Source: Candidatus Dormiibacterota bacterium
Lineage (GTDB): Bacteria; Chloroflexota; Dormibacteria; Aeolococcales; Aeolococcaceae
Length of the DNA: 64,000 bases
NCBI GenBank assembly: GCA_963709585.1
Contig: CAVPXI010000004.1
Coordinates: forward strand, 96,001-160,000
Direction of reading: 5' to 3'
Shown: positions 58,884 through 64,000 of the stretch, in pieces
Numbering within the stretch: the stretch's first letter is position 1
Layout: each line of letters opens with the position of its first letter
Position numbers and translations under genes: made by a program
Notes under the pieces: model-generated
What the model was told of the DNA's origin: nothing
Databases searched by the model: none
What the model saw: the letters and a program-made list of their open reading frames with translations, nothing else

Positions 58884-60975
58884 GTGAACGACATCAGGCT
58901 TCCCTCGACAGCAGGCGCGCACGCGTCGTTTCAGCCTCGGGGTCCCGAGGGACTTCGTGATCGCGCCAGACGGCCGCCGCGTGGTGTTTCTGCGCACTCG
59001 GAGCGGCACCGACCCGTCCACCTGTCTCTGGCAGGTCGATGTCGACGGCGGTGCGGAGCGTCTGGTCGTGGACCCGGGCGAGCTGCTGCGCCACGACCGC
59101 GACGAGGTGCCGGCCGAGGAGCGGATGCGTCGCGAGCGGGCGCGCGAAGCCTCCGGCGGCATCGTTCGGTTCTCCACCAACCGCGAGGTCACGCGCGCGG
59201 TGTTCGACGTCGCCGGAAGGATCTACGTCGTGGACCTTGCGTCGGGTGGCGTGGTGGAGCTGCCGGCGAGTGGCCGGGCGATCGATCCGCGGATCGATCC
59301 GACCGGCGCAGTGGTCGCATATGTGGAAGCCGGAGCGCTGCATGCGGTGAAGGTGGACGGCGGTGAGGCGCGCGCGCTGCTCAACCCTGAGAATGACGAC
59401 GTCACCTACGGGCTTGCGGAGTTCGTCGCCGCTGAGGAGATGGGGCGCCAGAGCGGCTACTGGTGGTCTCCGGACGGAACTCGGTTGCTCGTCGCCCGCG
59501 TGGATGTCGCGCGGGTGCGTCGCTGGTACATCGCCGATCCCTCCAATCCCGAACGTCCCGCAGTCGCGGTCGCGTACCCGGCGGCGGGGACCGACAACGC
59601 CGAGGTCACGCTGCACATCGTCGATCTCATCGGCTCACCGTCGGTCGAGGTGCACTGGGATCGCGCGGGCTTCGAGTACCTGACGGCAGTCGACTGGTCG
59701 GAGCACGGGCTGCTGATCGTCGTGCAGAGCCGCGACCAGCGCACCATGCGAATCCTCGACGTGGATGCGTCGACCGGCGCGACGTCCGTGCTGCGTGAGG
59801 ACACCGACGATGCGTGGGTCGACATCGTCGATGGGGTGCCGGCGAGGATGGCGGACGGGATGTTGGTCTGGACCGCCGAACGCGACGGCGCCAGGCGACT
59901 CCTCAGCGGCGATGAACCGGTGACTCCACCGGATCTGGAAGTGCGTGACGTTCTTGATGTCAACTCCGACGTCGTCCTCTTCAGGGGGTCGACCGAGCCG
60001 ACCGAGGTGGGTGTGTACACGTGGTCGCCCGCTGCCGGCGTCGCGCAACTGCTTCCCGACGGCGTCACCCCAGGTGTGTGGCGGGCGCGCCGAGCCGGCG
60101 GCACCACCGTGCTGGTGTCCCGTGATCTCGAGCACCTGCATGCTCGCGTATCGATGCACCGCGGGGGGAGACTGGTTGGGGAGATCGACTCGGTCGCGGA
60201 GACCCCGGCGATCTCGCTCAACCTCCGCCTCGTGACCCTGGGCGAGCGCGAACTCCGCGCCGCGATCCTGTTGCCGAACGGGCACGTGCCCGGGAGCGGC
60301 ACGCTTCCGGTGCTGCTCGACCCGTACGGCGGTCCGGGTTTCCAGAAGGTGACCGCGTCGGCAGGCGCCTACCTGGAGTTGCAGTGGTTCGCGGATCAGG
60401 GCTTCGCCGTGCTCGTGATCGACGGCAGGGGCACGCCCGGTGGTGGCCCCGACTGGGCCCGGTCGATCCACGGCGACCTGGCGGGCCCCGCGCTCGAGGA
60501 TCAGGTTGATGGCCTCCACGCCGCCGCGGCTGCGTGGCCGGATCTCGACCTCTCCCGCGTGGCCATCCGCGGTTGGTCGTACGGCGGGTTCCTCGCTGCC
60601 CTCGCGGTGTTGCAGCGACCGGACGTCTTTCGTGTGGCGGTATCGGGGGCACCGGTGACCGACATGCACCTGTACGACACGCACTACACCGAGCGCTATC
60701 TGGGGCATCCCGACCAGGAGCCCGCCAACTATGAGAGAGGGTGGCTCATCCCGAATGCCGGCCGTCTCATCCGCCCGCTGATGCTCATACACGGCCTCAG
60801 CGATGACAATGTCGTCGTCGCCCACACGCTGCGCTTCTCGGCCGCGCTGCTTGCGGCGGGACGCGAGCACACCGTGCTCCCGCTCACCGGTGCAACACAC
60901 ATGGCGAACGACGAGACGGTTGCCGAGAACCTCCTGCTCCTGGAACTTGAGTTCATCCGACGCGCGCTCGCGTGA
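58884..60975 (+). CDS. S9 family peptidase (DPP IV-like; frameshift at ~58896)
   Basis: FPRQ.ARTRRF, EFVAAEEM, YGGP, GWSYGG, DDNV, H. Confidence 0.92.
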
Positions 60976-60995
60976 TCTGAGGGCTCGCCCGAGGC

Positions 60996-61834
60996 TCAGG
61001 TGATCGCGATCATGGCGATGGCGACGATGGCCAGAACCGCGCCCATCATCTGCAGCGGGGTCATGCGCTCATGGGTGAAGAGACGCGCGCAGAGGACCGT
61101 GAACGCGGGGTAGAACGAGGTGAGCAACGCGGTCACCGACAGGAGCCCCGTGTGCGTCGCGTACAGGTACAGCACCACCCCGGTGCCATCGAAGATGCCG
61201 CCGACGGCGATCAGGCGAACCACGCTGCGACTGATCACGGGAGACGTCCGGCTGACTGCAGCCGCCGCAAGCGCGGCCGTCATGGAACCGAGGCGTCCGC
61301 TCACGAATGCGGTCAAGCCAGCATGGCTCGCCGCGTGGAACAGAATGAAGAACAGTCCAAAGGTGACCCCCGCGAGCAGCGCCAGGATCACGCCGAGCCG
61401 GGCGTTGCCGGATCCATCGCCGCTCGGGCCGTTGATCAGTACGAGCGCGACGAGCCCGACCGCGATGCCGCCCAGCTGCCAGATCTGGAGGCGGTCGCCG
61501 CCCACCAGTCCCACCGCGACCGGCAGGGCTGCGGCAACGAACCCCGTGATCGGGGCGACCACGCCGATGAGGTTCAGCGACATCGCGCGATAGAAGGCGA
61601 GCAGCCCGAGACCGCCCACCCCGCCGCCGGCGAAAGCCAGGAGTGCGGCCTGCGGATCCCAACCGTGGGGCAGCAGCACGAACGCGAGTGGGACCGCGAC
61701 CAGGCCCACCAACTCGATCCCGATGGCAACACTCGGGGCGCTGCTTCGCCTGCCGCGATCCCGCCCGAGAAGTCGGCGATGCCGAGAGTTACCGCGGACG
61801 CCATGGCCGTCAGCGGGGAGAGGGGGAGGGTCAT
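60996..61834 (-). CDS. EamA/DMT family transporter (frameshift at ~61755)
   Basis: G.ADFSGG, FYRA.....VVAP, YP..TV..A....ER. Confidence 0.85.
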
Positions 61835-61942
61835 GGCCGCGGTCACGGTACACGTGCCCCTGGTTGCGGAGCCCGTGGCCGCTGGTCGATACTTCCGCCC
61901 GCACGCCGCCTGTGAGGCGGATCACGCTCGGAGGAGGCGCAG

Positions 61943-63566
61943 ATGAGTGGCGGAACCGTGGTCTCGACGCCAGAGGCGGGTGACGCCGACGCCGCCCAAC
62001 TTGCGAGGTTTGGATACGGGCAGGAGTTGCGGCGCGTCCTCAACCTTTTCGAGAACTTCGCGGTCGCTTTCTGCTACATCTCGCCGGTCGTCGGCATCTA
62101 TTCGCTGTTCATCCTGGGAGTTGGCACCGGCGGGCCGCGATACCTCTGGCTGCTGCCGATCGTGGTGGTCGGTCAGCTCTTCGTGGCGCTCGTATTCGCT
62201 GAGCTGGGAAGCCACTACCCGATTGCGGGCGCGCTCTTTCAGTGGGGCAAGAACCTGATCGGGCCGAGCTACGGCTGGTGGGTTGGGTGGATCTACGGTT
62301 GGGCGTTGATCATGACGGTCGCCTCCGTGGATACGGAACTTATCATCTATGTCGGTCCGCTGATCAACAACATCTTTCACACAGCCATCAATTTCGCCGA
62401 CCCCAATCAGATTCTCATCTGCACGGTTCTGCTGATCCTGGTGCAGCTTACGTTCAACGTCGGAGGCGTCAACTTCCTCGGGCGCATCTCTCAGATCGGT
62501 GTCTACTTCGAGATCGTCGGGACGTTCGGCATCGCGATCATGCTGGCGATCACCGGGTTTCACCACGGCTTTGACTACCTGTTCTCGACGCAGGGCACCG
62601 AGAACGCGGCGACGAGTTCCGCTCGGCGTCGACTTCGGCGGTAACTGGTGGCTGGGGGCGGCGTTCGTGGCCATCCTGGCGCACGTCTACATCTTCTACG
62701 GCTTCGAGTCCGCCGGCGACGTGGCCGAGGAAGTGGTGCACGCGTCCAAACGCGTGCCCCGAGCAATCATCTCGTCGTTGCTGACCGCGGGGGTCACGAG
62801 CTTCGTGCTGGTGGGCGCGCTCATCCTGGCCATCCCGTCCGGCCCGAAAGGGCTGAGCAACACGGTGAGCGGTGGGGTGCCGTTCCTGATCAGCTCGAAC
62901 GTCTCGAGTCAGGTCATCCAGGACATCGCGCTGTTCGTCGTGTGTTTCGCCTTTTTCAGTTGCGGCCTGGCGATCCAGGCGGCCGCCGCCCGGCTCATCT
63001 ACTCCTACAGCCGCGACCGCGCGCTCCCGGCGAGCGGCACGCTTTCGAGCGTTTCGCCGCGGTTTCGCACGCCGGTCAACGCGCTCATCGTCGCGTCGGT
63101 CATCCCGGCGCTCTTCGCGGTGCTCGCACGGTTCACGCCGTCATCGAACATCACCATCGCGTTCATCACCATCCCGGCGAAGGTCAACGCGCTCTTCCTG
63201 CTGGTCTCGTTCGCGGTCTCGGGAATCTACCTCTCGTTCCTGCTCGTGGTCATCGCGGCACTGATCGCACGGCTGCGAGGCTGGCAGGCGCAGGGGGCGT
63301 TCCGGCTCGGCGCCTGGGCGGTTCCGGTGATGGTTGTCGGAGGCCTGTGGCTCCTCTTCATGCTCGGGAATATCCTCCTCCCGTCGGGGATCACCAGCGC
63401 GAGAGGTGCGCTCTTCAACTACGACTGGATCACCCTGGTTGTCGTGGTGATCATCATCCTCATCGGTGCCATCTACACGGTCATCGCACACCCGGCACGC
63501 CGTATCGAGACGCGTCCTCAGCGGGGCACCGGCCCCTCGGTAGACCCCAGACCGGTCACGCGCTGA
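61943..63566 (+). CDS. APC amino acid/polyamine permease (frameshift at ~62617)
   Basis: GGAGG RBS; FGY.QEL.R, ELGS.YP.AG, YGFE.A..AEE, R..YS.SRD, TP.NA. Confidence 0.9.
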
Positions 63567-63749
63567 CGACTGCGCGGTCGCGTCGATAGCCGGCTGCGGC
63601 ACCCGGCAACGCGTCCATGCACGCGCACCCTCCCAGCGCATGCACCGATTTCGAGGACCCGCGTTACTACCTCGTCACCCTCTGGGATGGCGTCGCGTCG
63701 CAGTGGTCTTAAGACAATCGTCCTACCGCAAAAGGGGGGCGCGCGTCAT

Positions 63750-64000
63750 GGGGAGCCCGAGCTGCCGGGGTCAGGCCGGTGGCGTCGGACTCCTCAGGGG
63801 ATGGAATCGACGATGTGAGGGGGCTGTCCCGCAAGGGCGGCCGGAGTGATGGATGTGATGCCGGCAGACGAGCGACACAGATTCGTCTGACGCTCGGTGC
63901 GAAGGTGTGACGGGACTACGGGGGAACAGTGCCGAATAGAGAACCAATGTGAGGGACAGCTTGAAATCCGCAGTGATGGGCGGCATCTCGACCAGCCCGG
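63750..64000 (+). ncRNA. Candidate multi-stem structured RNA, possibly continuing past the window edge
   Basis: At least 5 stems, GCAA tetraloop, duplicated ATGTGAGGG...CCG(G/C)AGTGATGG module. Confidence 0.4.

Noticed and set aside
4548-62617. Programmed frameshifting, phase variation or mass pseudogenisation
   Set aside because: No slippery heptamers or long repeat tracts at the breaks, no accumulated in-frame stops, and unrelated genes are affected
63797-63975. tmRNA-like start GGGGATGGAATCGAC and group I intron-like AATCCGCAG
   Set aside because: D-loop spacing too short for tmRNA; P4 pairing imperfect and no host exon for an intron
1-64000. CRISPR array, rRNA, transposase or integrase
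   Set aside because: No regularly spaced repeats or matching motifs seen by eye

Overview
High-GC bacterial chromosome segment. The gene content and frequent leaderless-type starts resemble Actinobacteria, Chloroflexi or Ca. Dormibacterota (inference only). The left half is housekeeping: nadA, hemE/hemH, an acyl-CoA ligase, MMPL, and a large lipid-linked glycosylation cluster (PMT-, PIG-V-, GT2- and GT4-like genes, ManC-PMM). A tRNA-Gly(CCC) at 28614-28685 is an integration site. Its 3' end is duplicated at 31344-31390, delimiting a 2.7-kb integrase-less island. After the duplicate comes an accessory stretch (HNH nuclease, SMARCAL1-like SNF2 ATPase, LLM-hemerythrin fusion, MarR pairs, gene remnants). 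At 44.4-51.5 kb a Rieske-less split cytochrome b module and a ferric-reductase/NuoF-like/ferredoxin module flank a two-component system. Four intergenic regions look like unannotated structured RNAs (6.9-7.0, 14.0, 28.9 and 63.7-64.0 kb). About a dozen genes carry single-base frameshifts, mostly at CCGG/CG contexts, which most likely reflects sequencing error. No CRISPR array, rRNA, integrase or transposase was seen. All family calls come from motif recognition by eye, not from database searches.
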